Assembly: GCA_964016885.1 (NCBI GenBank)
Contig: OZ024754.1
Location: 1,798,001-1,862,000 of the forward strand
Reading direction: 5' to 3'
Length of the DNA stretch: 64,000 bases
DNA from: Eledone cirrhosa
Taxonomy: Eukaryota
In this document: piece by piece, positions 44,037 through 58,505 of the stretch
Layout: each line of letters starts with the position of its first letter
How positions within the stretch are numbered: position 1 is the stretch's first letter
Program-made: the position numbers and the translations under genes
Notes under the pieces: model-generated
Told to the model about the DNA's origin: nothing
Seen by the model: the letters and a program-made list of their open reading frames with translations, nothing else
Database searches by the model: none

Positions 44037-44080
<44 letters not shown>

Positions 44081-44414
44081 TATATATGTAATTTACCTGT
44101 GGCAGTTTCCATCAATCTATCAAACCACCAATTAAGAATTCCCCCCCCCCCCCCTCATCCTCCTTCTATAAAAACGTCTCTGTCTTTGTATTACATAGTT
44201 TTCCTTTGTTGATCAGTTTATTTTCTGATCTGTCGTAGACGTTGATCTTGAATAAATTCAATTGTAAGATTCCTTGTTACTTTATTAGCCGTTATCACTC
44301 ATTCACAATCTCTTTTTCTTCCTCACTCTCTCTCCCTGTCACTCTCTCTCTCTTACTCACCTAAACTCTTTTCCTATCTCTCTCCCTCTCACACTATCTC
44401 TCTCGCTCACGTAA

Positions 44415-44726
44415 ACTGTGTGTTTCACACCTTCTCCCGTCTCTCTCCCTCACCAAAACTCTGTGTCTTTCACACCTTTTCACTCTCTTTTCCCCCCTCT
44501 CTCCCTCTCCCTCACCAAAACTCTGTGTCTTTCACACCTTTTCACTCTCTTTTCCCCCCTCTCTCCCTCTCCCTCACCAAAACTCTGTGTCTCTCACACC
44601 TTTTCACTCTCTTTTCCCCCCTCTCTCTCACCAAAACTGTGTCTTTCACACCTTTTCACTCTCTTTTCCCCCCTCTCTCCCTCTCTCCCACCAAAACTCT
44701 GCGTCTTTCACACCTTCTCCCTCTCC
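44415..44726. repeat. ~62-bp CT-rich minisatellite, about 5 copies
   Basis: caccaaaact at 44451, 44513, 44575, 44629 and 44689. Confidence 0.92.
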
Positions 44727-44766
44727 GTAGAGTGTTTACTGAGAAGTATAATGGTTTAGAAACAAT

Positions 44767-44954
44767 TGTTTCTACGTTAGGCACAACGCCAGAAATTATT
44801 CCAGTGTATCACTGGTACTTTATTTTATCGACCCCGTAAGGATGAAAGGCAAAGTTAACCTCGGCGGGATTTCAAATCAGATTGTAAAGGACCGTAACTC
44901 TATGCTGCAAAGCATGGCATCCGACCCTCTATCGATACTGCCAATCCATCGCCT
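44767..44954 (-). mobile_element. Full-length SINE family A
   Basis: TSD gaaacaat at 44759-44766 and 44957-44964. Confidence 0.9.
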
Positions 44955-44974
44955 TGGAAACAATATAAGTGATG

Positions 44975-45125
44975 AGAGACAGAGTAGGTGGTGAGTTAGG
45001 AAACTATAACTAGAATTAGCCTGGCATCAGCAAAGTTTGAAAGCCAAAGACCATTACAGTAATGTCTTCATAATTGTGCAAAGGCAGAGAGGAGACCGTG
45101 GACCTGTAGATCACAGAAGTGAGAA
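44975..45125 (+). pseudogene. Old RTE-like RT remnant
   Basis: Translation ITRISLASAKF resembles RTE 'RI..AW.KF'. Heavily decayed. Confidence 0.3.
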
Positions 45126-45736
45126 TAAACTTAAACACAATAAATGAGTGTTCTTTATTTCCAGGACTCCAATGTTAACTGTTGCACAGATGTAAATATG
45201 AGATATGTCAGCAAATATAGGTGTCAAATAGGCCGTATTAATTAGTTAATAGAAATATTACATGACGTTTGATTAAAAAAAGTTGAAGGGTAATCCCGTG
45301 ATATGTGTTTCCAGTAAACAGACGTCATTTAACTTTACGGTGAAAAGCAGAAAGGGTTGTTACGATACATGCTCTGTTCCACCTGAGGCCGTACATATTA
45401 GAACAACACGACTAGTTTCAACATGATTCCTGCTACACCGTTAATCTTCCTTTCTATATACCCCCAAATACACAACTGCTCAATTATCTAGCGATAAATC
45501 TATCCTGATATATTCAGCTATTTTCGTTTTATATCTATCACTACACTAATCTATCTGTATCTATCTATCTATGAATTTATCTATCTATCTAATCATCTAT
45601 CTATCTATCTATCTATCTAATCATCTATCTATCTATCTATCTATCTACTTCCACCCATTCATACAACTATCGTTACTAACTCATATTGGCTATCTAACTC
45701 TCTCTCTCTCTCTGTCTGTTCATATATACACACCCG

Positions 45737-45780
<44 letters not shown>

Positions 45781-46349
45781 GTGTATATATACACACCTCT
45801 ATCACCCTCTCATACTTCATAATTTATTCACAAATATTTCTTCTTGCCAGAATCTCACCCATTCTTTAGCTAAACAATGGACCTCTACCTTTTAAAATTC
45901 TCTAGTCGTAGATTTAATTCACATTATGGAAACTATACCTCATCACAGAATCACACACACATACTCATAGACATACACACACATACATACAAACGCACAC
46001 ACATAGACATACACGCACACACACACACACACTCACATGGATATACACACAAACACACACAGATACACGCATACACATTCAAATCACACACACACAAAAG
46101 TATCACGCATATACACACACATGTATTCATAAACACGTAAAACCATGTGATAAGCACACACACAAATACATTCAAAAACATATACACACACAAATACATG
46201 CCCCCCCCCCCACACATACATATACATACACACACACATACACACATACGCACACACACACTCAAAACCACAAGTACACATACACCCACACCCATAGCCG
46301 AAGCACTTTATTTTTTCCATTGATTTCATAATTTACTTTATCTTCACAT

Positions 46350-46720
46350 GGTGAATTGGCAGTATCGGTAGAGGGTTGGACGCCATGCTTTTTAGCATAG
46401 TTACGTCCCTTTACGGTCTGAGCTCAAATCCCGTCGAGGTTAACTTTGCCTTTTATCCTTACTGGGTCGATAAAATAAAGTACCAGTAATGTACTGGGTA
46501 GTTGCTGGCCTTGTGCCAAACGTAGAAACAATTATTATTATATAAATTTCTTCACATTATTATTATATAAATTAAATAAAGTACCAGTAATACACTTGTT
46601 ATTTGCTGGCCTTATGCCAAAAGTAGAAACAATTATTATTATTATCATACTTATAATATAAAGTACCAGTAATACACTGGTAATTTGCTGGCCTTGTGCC
46701 AAAAGTAGAAACAATTATTA
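46350..46720 (+). mobile_element. SINE family A plus two downstream tail-only fragments
   Basis: TSD tcttcacat at 46341-46349 and 46549-46557. Tails at about 46575-46640 and 46655-46720. Confidence 0.88.
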
Positions 46721-47045
46721 TCATCCTTATTATTATCATTATAATTTTTATTATTACTATTATTTTTACCATCATCATTACCAATATTGTTGTTTGTCTT
46801 GTCATTGTTATAGTTGTTGTTGTTATTCTATCATGTATACGGTATACGATTCATTTCGTTTTCTCTTCTTTGAGAACACAACAAGAGACATCAAGTAGAA
46901 GACGAGGGACTCTATTAATAAAATATATTTATGTTGCGTAGAAAAATCTGGAACTGAAAATATCAGCAAGCTGATTAATAAGTAATCTAATTCAGTTTAG
47001 TCATTCATTTTTAAAGTTCTACACACTCAGATTTAGCTACGTGCA

Positions 47046-47081
<36 letters not shown>

Positions 47082-47333
47082 TAATTTCTCAGCTTTCTCA
47101 TCTTCTTGTAGCTCCCCTGCTTATTCTTCTCTTTAGCATCCATTGTATACATATATGCATAGATGCATGTACATATATGTATACACATGTATATATATAT
47201 ATATATGTATGTATATATGTATGTATATATATATATTGTGCTTTCCACTCTCTATAGGATTCTACAAAGGCGCCGTTATTCCGAAACGATACAATTGAAA
47301 CCCATAACAATGTGAACAATTTCGGGTCAGATG

Positions 47334-47369
<36 letters not shown>

Positions 47370-47391
47370 TATATATATACATATATATATA

Positions 47392-47430
<39 letters not shown>

Positions 47431-47644
47431 ATCCAAAGAACTGTAAACAAACGCAATAATAATAATAATAATAATGGTAATAAAGGATTATATTTGTGAA
47501 TGTGGGAGGATGAGGGAGTGAATAGGATAAATGGAATTAGAAGATAAAAATGTTAAGGAAGAGAATATATTTTAAGTGCTATGAATGGGAGAAAGTGAGA
47601 GAGAATGAATTTGTATGTGTATGTGAGTGATAGAGAGAGAGGGC

Positions 47645-47832
<188 letters not shown>

Positions 47833-50829
47833 TTAACTGAAAGTAATGCATTTGCAATTAGGAAAGGAAATAGCATTCTCCGTTTAGAGTGTATGTTACC
47901 GGAAGTTTCTACAAAAGAAAGGGGGAGATAAATGAAATTCTTCAATTATTGCTGCTTGTATATTTGTCCAAAGTTGCATGCATAAATATACAGCTTTGTT
48001 TCGCCAGTTTTTCACTTTTTTTCTTTCATTTGCAGCTGATGTTATTGTTATGCTTCGCTAATAATGTTGTTATTTCAACTGTTTTTGTTGGCATTTCATG
48101 TTTTTGTTGATATTATTATTATTATTATTATTATTGTTGTTTTTTTCACCGTTGTTGCTGTTAATAACTAGATTTAGGAAAACCAACATAAATGAAATTA
48201 TATTTGGCAGATATGGATTGTTCTTTTATTGAAATTTCTGTGTGAAATTATATGCACTTTACTATAGTGTACATGTAGAGTGAGAGTTGGTGGGGGATGA
48301 AGTGTAGATCAGAAATAAACTATATTTTAAACTGATGTACAAACCCAGAATATGTAATATTTAGGGAAAACTGTATAATCAAATAATTGACAGATACAGT
48401 TTTGATATTTATTTATATTTTACTTCACTCAATTTGATGATTCGAGGGAAATTTGCTACTAGTTCTAACAGATTTAGGTACATGTATAAGGCCTATTATT
48501 AGCTGGCATGGCGTCGGAAATTTCCTGTGATGATGGAAGCCAAGATAAATTAATACAAACTGGAACATATTTGAAAGGGCGATACCATAACTCAATGGCA
48601 CGGACAGATGCAATTAATGTTTGACTGAAGAGTACGATATGTTGACGCAACACATAGATATGTTAAATTAACAATGCATATGAATAAATCCCTCATCAAA
48701 TATTCCAAAGGTCAGTCAGGCGTTGATTAATAGTCACAGCATCGCTGTAGCACTGGATAATAGTAAATTTGAAATTTATGCGAAAGCTAAAGCTTCATCA
48801 AGATCGGTTGTAATGGTAGCATTTCTGCCCGGCAAATATGAAGGTGTTGATTCGGGTTCCTCAATTGCTAATATCCATATTTTCCATTAAGGTGTAATGT
48901 AGGTCACTGAACGGATACAGTAAAAAATTTTAAAAGAAGTGAATCTTAAAATAAGCAATCAATATATATAAGAATATTTATATTTAATCAACAGCTACGA
49001 AATTTAGTAGATAAATTATGTAATAGTCATTCATTATTTATTCAAAATAATCCAACTTATTTTACTAACAGGATAAAAAATATATTCGGGACGCAGTCCC
49101 GCATTCCTCCTTTTATTATATTATCATTTCCATTCTAATTTGTGCGTTTGAAGGATTCTGTAGAGGCTAAATAATATATTTTGTGGAAAGAAGAACAATG
49201 TAATGAAATTCAAGATGATCCACAGATATAAATGCCAATCTATTGAAACAGATACCTTGAGAGCTACACGTAAATCAAGCAAGGAATCTGCAATAATTTA
49301 TAAATGAATCAAGGGGAATAATTCGGGAAATATTGACGATTATGAAAAGGAATTTCAAATAAAATTTAAGAAAGATAGAAAAAGAAAATAGAAGGAAACT
49401 TACTGACAATTAAAATTAAAGCGAGAATAATGAAAAGATTGAGATAGCTTAGCAGATAGATAATTATTTAAAAAAATACCGAATGGTAATGTTAATTATA
49501 AATGAAAGGGAAATAAAAGTGACGTAACTTAAAACGGATATAATCATTATGATGATAATTAAAATAGCTAAAAATAATGGATGTCACTAAGTAGAGTGGC
49601 AACAACAATAACTATTATAGGAAGAATCAGGATATATCGATCGATGGTGAGGTTAATGAGAGAATAGATAAGCTAGCTTGCAGATAGAAGTGTAATGTAA
49701 TACAGATTTAAGAGTTAATATCGAATGTCAATTTTGAATTTTAGTAAATCTGCAGACTTGGAAATCTTCATTCTGTATGTGGGTTTTTCATATATTCAGA
49801 TATAAGTCAACCCAAGATTTTAGTAGATGACAGCTGGACTAGATCAAGATTTAGTTGCGAGTATACCTCTTTAAGCAATAAACCATGACTAGAGCTAATT
49901 TATGCAAACAAGGAAACAATTATTTCTTCGCGTGTTTAATTCATTAACTGATAGATTCAGTATTTTAAGATTTTCAATTACACATTATTTGCAATTACTG
50001 ATGCGACAGACGTATCCCCTTGGTCTCTGAACCTATGTTCTACTTCATTATAGGGTTCTCAATTGCTTTGCATTTTAAACATCAAATGCTTTATGAACAT
50101 GAAATGGATTTATATTTGCTACTATATCTGAACTTATGGTTGTTTAAATGGATTTCCAATGAGCTCGATATATGTGTTTTCATAGCACCATTAACTTCAA
50201 TAACAGCAATAACAATTACGTAAGCCTGAGTTTTTACTGATTGAATCCGATTTATCCCGTATATTTGAAAATTATTTTTCCTCTGTCACTTGAATTTCCT
50301 TAGTTATTTTAATTACTTTAATTATCATTGCCAAAATTATGTCCCTTTTAAATTATTTCCCATCCATTTTTCTTTTCAATTATAATTAATATTGGAATTC
50401 ACTTAATGTTTTTCTATAATTAGCTATCTGCTAAGTTATATCCAAGGTTTAATTAATTGCTTTTAAATGATCATGGGGAGTCAACAGCATCCATTATTTT
50501 CTTCCAGTATTACACTTTAATATTATTTTGTATTCGTTTCACGGTTTCTAAGTTATCCGTGGATTCCACACTTTTTCTAATCCATTATTTATTACTCAAA
50601 TAATTCCTTAATCTACGTTTCAATCACTTTTGACTTTTTCCAGTCAATATATTTACACATCACAGCCAACAGGAATACCAACAACATTATTAGGAATTCC
50701 ATACATGTTCGAAGAATTCTTTCAGAGGAATAGATGCCAACCCACTAAAACATCTCACTGCACATATGCAAGGCATGCAAAACTCTTCAACGTGATTTGA
50801 CAGTAAGAAATGGAACACGAAGTAATAAT

Positions 50830-51005
50830 TGTTTCTACTTTTGGCACAAGGCCAGCAATTATTCCAGTGTATTACTGGTACTTTATTGTATCGACCCCGT
50901 AAGGATGAAAGGCAGAGTTAAACTCGGCGGGATTTGAACTCAGATCACAAAGGGTCGTAACTCTATGCGTCAAAGCATAGCGTCCGACCCTCTACCAATA
51001 CTGCT
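50830..51005 (-). mobile_element. SINE family A
   Basis: TSD aagtaataat at 50820-50829 and 51006-51015. Confidence 0.88.
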
Positions 51006-51043
51006 AAGTAATAATAATCATAATAATAATAATAATAATAATC

Positions 51044-51255
51044 TCTGATTTAGGCACAAGGCCAGCAATTTTGGTGGGAAAGGGAAAGTCGATTAAACCG
51101 ACCCCAGTGGATTACAGGTACTTTATTTATCGAACCCCTCAGGATGAAAAGCAAAGCTAACATAGGTGGCATTTGAACTGAGAACGTAAAGAGCCGTGAC
51201 TCTATGTCGCAAAGCTTGATGTCCAACACTCTAATGATACTGACAATCCATCCCA
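51044..51255 (-). mobile_element. SINE family A long variant
   Basis: Contains the extra ggtgggaaagggaaagtcgattaaaccgacccc segment. Confidence 0.82.
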
Positions 51256-51434
51256 ATACAAGAGAACATCACATACTTTCTTCTTCGATCTGTAGAGTAA
51301 TGATGCCTAGAAACAAGATTTTGGGGTAACATATCGATACTTTGGGGGATAATTTGATGAATTAATCGAACAATAGATTGAAAATTGATTTCTGATACAA
51401 ATACATTATCATATATGATATTTATGTCATACAA

Positions 51435-51838
<404 letters not shown>

Positions 51839-51933
51839 TAAAGAGTTAAACAAGATTCAATGAGTACATTAAAGAATAAGTTTTACAGTAGATTGGAAGC
51901 ACTCTACAGTAAAAATATTTTCCAGAGTTATTA

Positions 51934-52016
51934 ATATTAAAATACAAATATTAATAAAATAGATGTTCTAATTGATCAAAAGAACATCTATTTTATTAAT
52001 ATTTGTATTTTAATAT
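51934..52016. repeat. Perfect inverted repeat with 36-bp arms and an 11-nt loop, running into (TA)n
   Basis: 51934-51969 is the exact reverse complement of 51981-52016. Confidence 0.93.
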
Positions 52017-52296
52017 ATATATATATATATATGTATATAAATATACATATTGTTGCGCTTGGATATTTGACGAAATATATATGTGGTAATCTCACAAATC
52101 CAATTTCACCACACAACAGAAAGTGGTCAGTTAATATAATCGTTGTACATAACATTTGTAAGCGGAACAGTAAAATAAGATCTTTCTAAAAATCAGCCTA
52201 ATACCCTTCATATTTATGCTAATATAGAAATGTAGTTTTGTAATGTTTCCACGCAAGAAGCCAGTTCAGTCTTTATACGAAGAATACATCTAACTA

Positions 52297-52390
52297 AAAG
52301 TTAACCTCGACGGGATTTGAACTCAGAACGTAAAGGGACGTAACTATGCTGGACAGCATGGCGTCCGACCCTCTACCGATACTGCCGATT
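52297..52390 (-). mobile_element. SINE family A 5' half
   Basis: aaagttaacctcgacgggatttgaactcag...ctctaccgatactgcc. Confidence 0.82.
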
Positions 52391-52440
52391 CAAAAGCAAA
52401 ATAAGATATGTTTAGGAATTTCTGTGGAATATTTGGCTAC

Positions 52441-52640
52441 GGCGAGATTGGTGGATTGACGGAGTTAGTAGGGCGTCGGATAAAATGCCACTGTAGTTTT
52501 TTTTTTCTAGCTCTTTGCATTCTGAGTTGAGATGTCACCGACGTCAACCTTAGGGTAAAAAAAAACGAAGTACGGTTAATGTACTGGCGTTGCTTTAATG
52601 TAATGACGTTGGCTCTTCCCACCAAAAGTGCCGCTTTTGT
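52441..52640 (+). mobile_element. Old diverged SINE family A-related copy
   Basis: Head ggtggattgacggagttagtagggcgtcgga...ttctgagttg. Confidence 0.5.
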
Positions 52641-53356
52641 GAGTAAATTAACACTCATTATATGCTTATGACCTTCTACGTGAGATTTCAAGTACCACAG
52701 GTATATATGCACTTTGCATTCATTCTTTTGTGGTCGATAAAATCGTCTATACCCGAAAAATACAAAACTTTCACGAAGTAGAATAAGTTATTTTGCCGGG
52801 AGAAAATAAGAGAAGTGTAGACCTTTTTTTTTTATTTCCTTTTTCTTTTTAACAAAACCGTTCGTCGTATAAATGCAATGATAGTAGTGAATATTAAGAG
52901 AAAACTGAAGAACGAGGCTCCAAAGATTTGATGCTTATAAATATGCAAAAACAGCGTATGTGAGAAAATCAATATATTTTACATGTCATGTAAAGCCTCA
53001 AAACATTTATAAAATTACAAGTCCATCAAATACAGGAAGCCATGTTTCAAGCAACACTAAAGGAAAATCAGCTAGATATTAACAAAATATAACCTCGTAA
53101 AAATACTCGTGAAGTTTATTGTCGAGGGGGAAGTAAGAGAGAAATACTCTTTTCATTGAACGTTTTTTTTTTCTTATGGAATCTACAACCCTATTAGGAA
53201 ATGTTTTAAAAAATGCAAAGTTAAAAGGGACAAACCTAAATTAACCTATAAAAAACAATGATATGAAGTTAAGCAAAATACCAAGAAAATAATATTGAAA
53301 AATCCGTCAACGCTTTTACATAAATTTGTCAACAATGAATCTTTACTGTATATAAT

Positions 53357-53572
53357 GGTTTCTTATATAGGCACAAGACCAGCAATTTTTGGGAGGAGTG
53401 GAATGTCGATTAAATCGACCCCAGTGCGTGACTGGTACTTTATTTTATCGCCCCCGTAAGGATGAAAGGCAAAGTTAACCGCGGCGGGATTTGAACTCAG
53501 ATCGTAAAGGGACGTAACTATGCTGCAAAGCATGGCGTCCAACCCTCTACCGATTCTGCCAATTCACCGCCT
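53357..53572 (-). mobile_element. Full-length SINE family A long variant
   Basis: 14-bp TSD ttact(g/a)tatataat at 53343-53356 and 53575-53588. Confidence 0.9.
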
Positions 53573-54836
53573 TATTACTATATATAATAAATACCGTAAT
53601 CGAGGGTTTTAAAGTGTCCTCCTATTCTTTCCATGGAGACTAGAGTAAGTGTGTAGAGGGAGAATTGGTGTCTATTTCTAGCAATAGAGGGAAGTGGGAC
53701 CCATAAACAGGTTTAAAGCTGACACGAGCTAAAGGTGTTGTGTTATATCTACTAAACGTGACGAGAAGACTAAGGTAAAACTAATCAAAGAATGAAGAAT
53801 TGGAATGAGATTGTGCCCTATACAAGATCCTATCAGAGAATGAAAAGAACGAGGATAAACTAAGAAACAGATCATTCCATCAAATGCGGCTTTTCAAAGC
53901 TTAATCATAGGTTTCACTGTACTCAGCATATATTTTATCTTCTATACATATCTTAATGATATCATTTAGAATATACATGCTTATTATTTCAACGACTAGC
54001 ACCGCCGCCATCCTCATCCTACCCTCATTATCGTCACCAAAACCATCACTACCACCACCACCAACACTACCATATCATTACCTTGCAAGGAGAAGCCTTA
54101 AATCAAGTAAAGTTCTGACAATAGAAACAATTCATTTAAGGAATATGTTTCAATTTCAATTTGCTTCTATGAGATTATTCTAGCAATTTAGTTAACTCTC
54201 TATTACTTCCTTGCTCTCATCTTTAAACCTTTCTTTCATTCTTTCGTCTCTCATTCACTCTTCATCTCGTTCTCCCTATTTCTTCATCTCTTAGTTAACT
54301 CTCTATAACTTTCTTGCTCTCATCTCTCATTCCTCTTTCATTCATTCTTAACCTTCTTCTCCCTATTTCTCTAACTCTCTATCATTCAACATATCTATCA
54401 CTTCATTGTTCTAGTAACTTTACATTTCATTTCATCCACGTGTGTAGAGAGTATGTATGTATATAGGTTTGCATATAGTTTATTAAGCAAAGAAAAAAAA
54501 AGCACTCAACATCATGTGGTATCTTCCATCTCGTGGTTGGTAGAGTTAAATACCACAACTATTGAGGTATATATATATATGTGTATAGTGAGAGAGAAAG
54601 TAAATAAGAATATACACGATGTATGATGTGATATGATGGGAAGAATAGGTTTTCTATTCTTGGCAAATTAATTTTATTCACCAAACTGGCAACATAACCC
54701 ATTTAGCGTACTTAATAAATCAATATCTTAAAACAATTAGTAATAACATGAGGTTTACGTATACTGAGATATACATTCACAGATATAGAGGAATATATAT
54801 GAATATAGAAGGAATGCTCTGTTCCTTGTCACACAT

Positions 54837-54900
<64 letters not shown>

Positions 54901-55058
54901 GGAGGGGAATTAGGGAGTGGTGTGGTGGTAAAAACATAAATATTGATGCTTAGCTCAGCTAAATTAAAATAAAAGTCATGTTATTTTAAATGGATAATTT
55001 TGGTATTTAAAAAAATCTGATAGCATTTAACACGCTCCCTAACATTGTAATATATATA

Positions 55059-55155
55059 CAGGGTGTCCACAAAAATGTATACACACTTCAACAGCATTCT
55101 AATAAATGTTGCCTCTACAGGTAATAAAAATGTGTTTACTTTTTTGGGGACCCTG
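55059..55155. mobile_element. Tc1/mariner-type MITE (~97 bp)
   Basis: Imperfect ~28-bp TIRs, CAGGGTGTCCACAAAAATGTATACACA and (reverse complement) CAGGGTCCCCAAAAAAGTAAACACA. TA on the left flank. Confidence 0.7.
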
Positions 55156-55168
55156 TCTCTCTCTCACT

Positions 55169-55260
<92 letters not shown>

Positions 55261-55977
55261 TAAATCATGTCTTTAGAATCATCAGATAATAAAATATATA
55301 CTATTTCTTCTTCTAATTAGCATAATTAACCATATAAAAAATCAATCAGAACAAGCTATAAGAATAAATGCTCTTATGGGGAAATCTCCGACAAATAACC
55401 GAACGTAGCCTCTTCAATATATATATTGATAAAGTGTATTTAGAAATAAAAGGAAAGCACAAACGAGGGTCAGTCCCCTCTTCAGTTGTCTGCTGGAGTT
55501 CACTGACTTTTCAACGCATTAAAGACAATATGTCTATCTCCAGTGCGTCAATATATATATATATATATATATATGTGTGAGAGATGCATGGTGATAGACA
55601 GATTGCGAGAGATTTGACTATTATATAGCCTTCAGATTACTAAACTAAGTGAAGAATATACTAGTTACTTGAGTAATGATGAAAACCATGATACTCACAT
55701 GGTGTATATATATGTATGTTATCTCTTTTTCTTAATTTCGAGTATATTTTTGACTGGCCACCTTCCTGGTGGCAAGGTTGTAAAAGAAAAGAAATTGTCA
55801 TCCTTTGAATCGCAAGAATGTTTTGCAAATTATGAAGGTGTCAGCTATCGCAGCCATTTGTAGACTATGAATTAGGGAGATGGGCTCTTTGTCCGTAAAT
55901 CCAAGTTCAGTTATGCATTGGTCCAAGCGGGTTGGTATATAACCCGTAGCTCCAATAATGTATGTATGTATGTATGT

Positions 55978-56433
55978 CAAAAGGCAAAGGAGCTCTTAAG
56001 AGTCAATGGCCATCCAAAATCACCGGGAGAGATGACCCCTTGGCCTTTGTCAAGGCAGAATTCTAGGAGAAGGAAAACTCTGATATAACACCTGCAACCC
56101 TGATGGTATCCAATGATGTTGACTTGTTCTTCTTTTTGGTAAATATCATCTTGGTTAAGAGAGTGGGACTGGCTTTGTGCAGTGCCTTTGCTCACTATAA
56201 AAGCTTCACGGCACAGGCATTGCTTTATATCTGGAGATCTCTCTGCACTTGTCGTCACATTGTACCATGGGCCCAGCACTATGCGTCAATAATTGTCACA
56301 AGTGTAGTGTTTGTACCAGAGTTTTCAAGTCGCTGGCTGGACTAAAAAGTCACACTCGTTCAGCGCATCGGTGGGGGTTCTCCTACATGGATATAAAGTA
56401 ATGGCCGTACTCGAAAACGAGTTGGCAGCCACC
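55978..56433 (+). mobile_element. Bipartite non-autonomous RTE derivative (5'UTR-like part plus 3' end with C2H2 finger) between (TATG)n tracts
   Basis: ctaggagaaggaaaactctga is an RTE 5'UTR-like motif. CSVCTRVFKSLAGLKSHTRSAH at 56303-56368. ctcgaaaacgag hairpin, then a (TATG)n tail. Confidence 0.6.
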
Positions 56434-57699
56434 ATGTATGTATGTATGTATGTATGTATGTATGTATGCATGTGGAATATGATAAGTGCGTTGCTCACAG
56501 TTTTCTTCGTACCTATAAATAATGTTCATTAATTTTACAGTTATCTTGTTAAAATCTGTATTAATTCCGTGGAAAAGTGCTGAATGTGACCCTTCCATTG
56601 ATATATATACATTTTATGACCCAACTCACGTTCTAAAGTCTTCTTGCTTTAATTCTCTTTATTATCCCACTGTGTAGAATATGCTATGCTGATGTGATCT
56701 GAAGAGACTAAAGGATTTAAAGACTAGATTCTGTTAGCAATCTTTCATTCGGAGTTATCTCGCTTGCTTGTTGGTTTCTGTCAAACACACCTAGAGGAGA
56801 TTTTTCTAATAATTACGTCTATAATCTCTGTTGATCACGACGTTTCAAGTTACTCAGTCGCTGTCGTGTTTGTAAATAATACTTAGGTATAACCAATCTC
56901 TGAAGGCGCTGTATTTATTTATAATTTACTCTCTTTAATAGATTTGTATTTGTAATCTTAATTAACCTGTTTGCCTTCTCTTATTACAGACAATCTTTCT
57001 GTATCTTTGAAAATATGTTAATTATGCAATATACATAGAATCTCACACACCCACATACACATATATATGCGTAAGAAACGAAAGGAAAGGATATATATAA
57101 ATATATATATATGTATATAACCCTAACAACAACCGCAATCACAGAACTTTCTATAGGAATCGATATTCATCTTTGTAAATACATTAATTTCCTTCATTCT
57201 TCAAACATCAAAGCTACTTTGATGAATGTCATATTTCTTAGACGATGCCAATTAAGGAATCCCATCTTTTTAAGTACTGTGTAAATATTTGCCAAATATT
57301 TACTAGTGTGTGTATCTTTATAACGAAGGGCACCGGATGTGAAATACTCAACCAAATACTCGTTAGTTTCATGACCAGGTTTTTTTTCCGTTGAATGATC
57401 ATCTGAAACAATCTCGAATCTTTCGAATCTAGCCGAGTTCATACTCGCAAATAAGAAGAGCTAGAGCCGCCCCTAGGAGCATTGGATTTGGTGTACTTCA
57501 TATTTGTTTCGGTTGCTGAATACAATCAGGGGTCACTGCTTCTCCTGAAGGTCAATAGTTCTCTTCTAACTCGAGCGGGAGCGCCTTTCCATTGTCAATT
57601 TGCATTGATCATCTACAAAGCCACATTGTTCTCTGAACCACTACACCAGTCTTTCGATGCGTGTAACTGGAACTACTGCCACCCATTGATTTGGCAGGA

Positions 57700-57848
57700 T
57701 CGCAACTCATTTCTAAAGATGAGTAAACTGGAGCAACGTGAAATAAAGTGTATTGCTCAAGGACACAACACATCACCCGGTCCGAGAATCGAACTCACAA
57801 CCTTTCGATTGCAAACCCAATGCTCTACCCACTAACCCATGCGCCTTC
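57700..57848 (-). mobile_element. CORE-like SINE family B
   Basis: Minus strand: A-box TGGGTTAGTGG, B-box GTTCGATTC, then tgtgtccttgagcaatacacttt. Confidence 0.85.
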
Positions 57849-58219
57849 TGAAACAAGCAGTTTCCAAATCAATGAAGAATTAATACCGAGATACCGTCGA
57901 AGTCCCACCGGTAAACCTAATAGACATATATCAAATATATCTTAATTCTAGAGACAAAAAGAAAGGAATATATTTGAGAGAGCACGGATAAACACAGACA
58001 GATAAAGAAGTTGACATATTAATGATAGTTAAAGAAACTCTCCTACAAAATATACTTCTTCGAACATTATAAAACTACTTTTTTATGGAAGACCTTCGCA
58101 TTTAATTATTTTCAGTCGAATTTAATTGGTTTAATTCGACAAAAGAATGTACATATAATTATTTACATGTTTCTTTGGATTATACACCCCTCTTTATTCA
58201 GCCTGTTATATACTACAGT

Positions 58220-58297
<78 letters not shown>

Positions 58298-58410
58298 TAC
58301 TCTGAGCTATAATTTATCGATTTATCGATATCATCTCATTGATTGCTTCGAACCTGCGTCTGAAGATTGATTTCGAAAAATGGTAATCACAGCTGCAATT
58401 TCGATTTTAC

Positions 58411-58505
58411 TCTTTGCTTTTCATCCTTACGGGGTCGATAAAATAAAGTAGCAGCAATGCACTGGGGTAATTGCTGGCCTTGTGCCAAAAGTAGAAACAA
58501 TTATT
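58411..58505 (+). mobile_element. SINE family A 3' half
   Basis: Central domain and tail. Confidence 0.85.

Noticed and set aside
55462-55520. Minus-strand CTGAAGA-GGG..CCCTC hairpin
   Set aside because: Followed by GTTT rather than GAAA, so no hammerhead topology can be completed.
56690-56900. CTGAAGA (+) and GAAACGTC-GTGATC (-) half motifs
   Set aside because: They lie on opposite strands and each lacks its partner half. Possibly PLE debris, but not callable.
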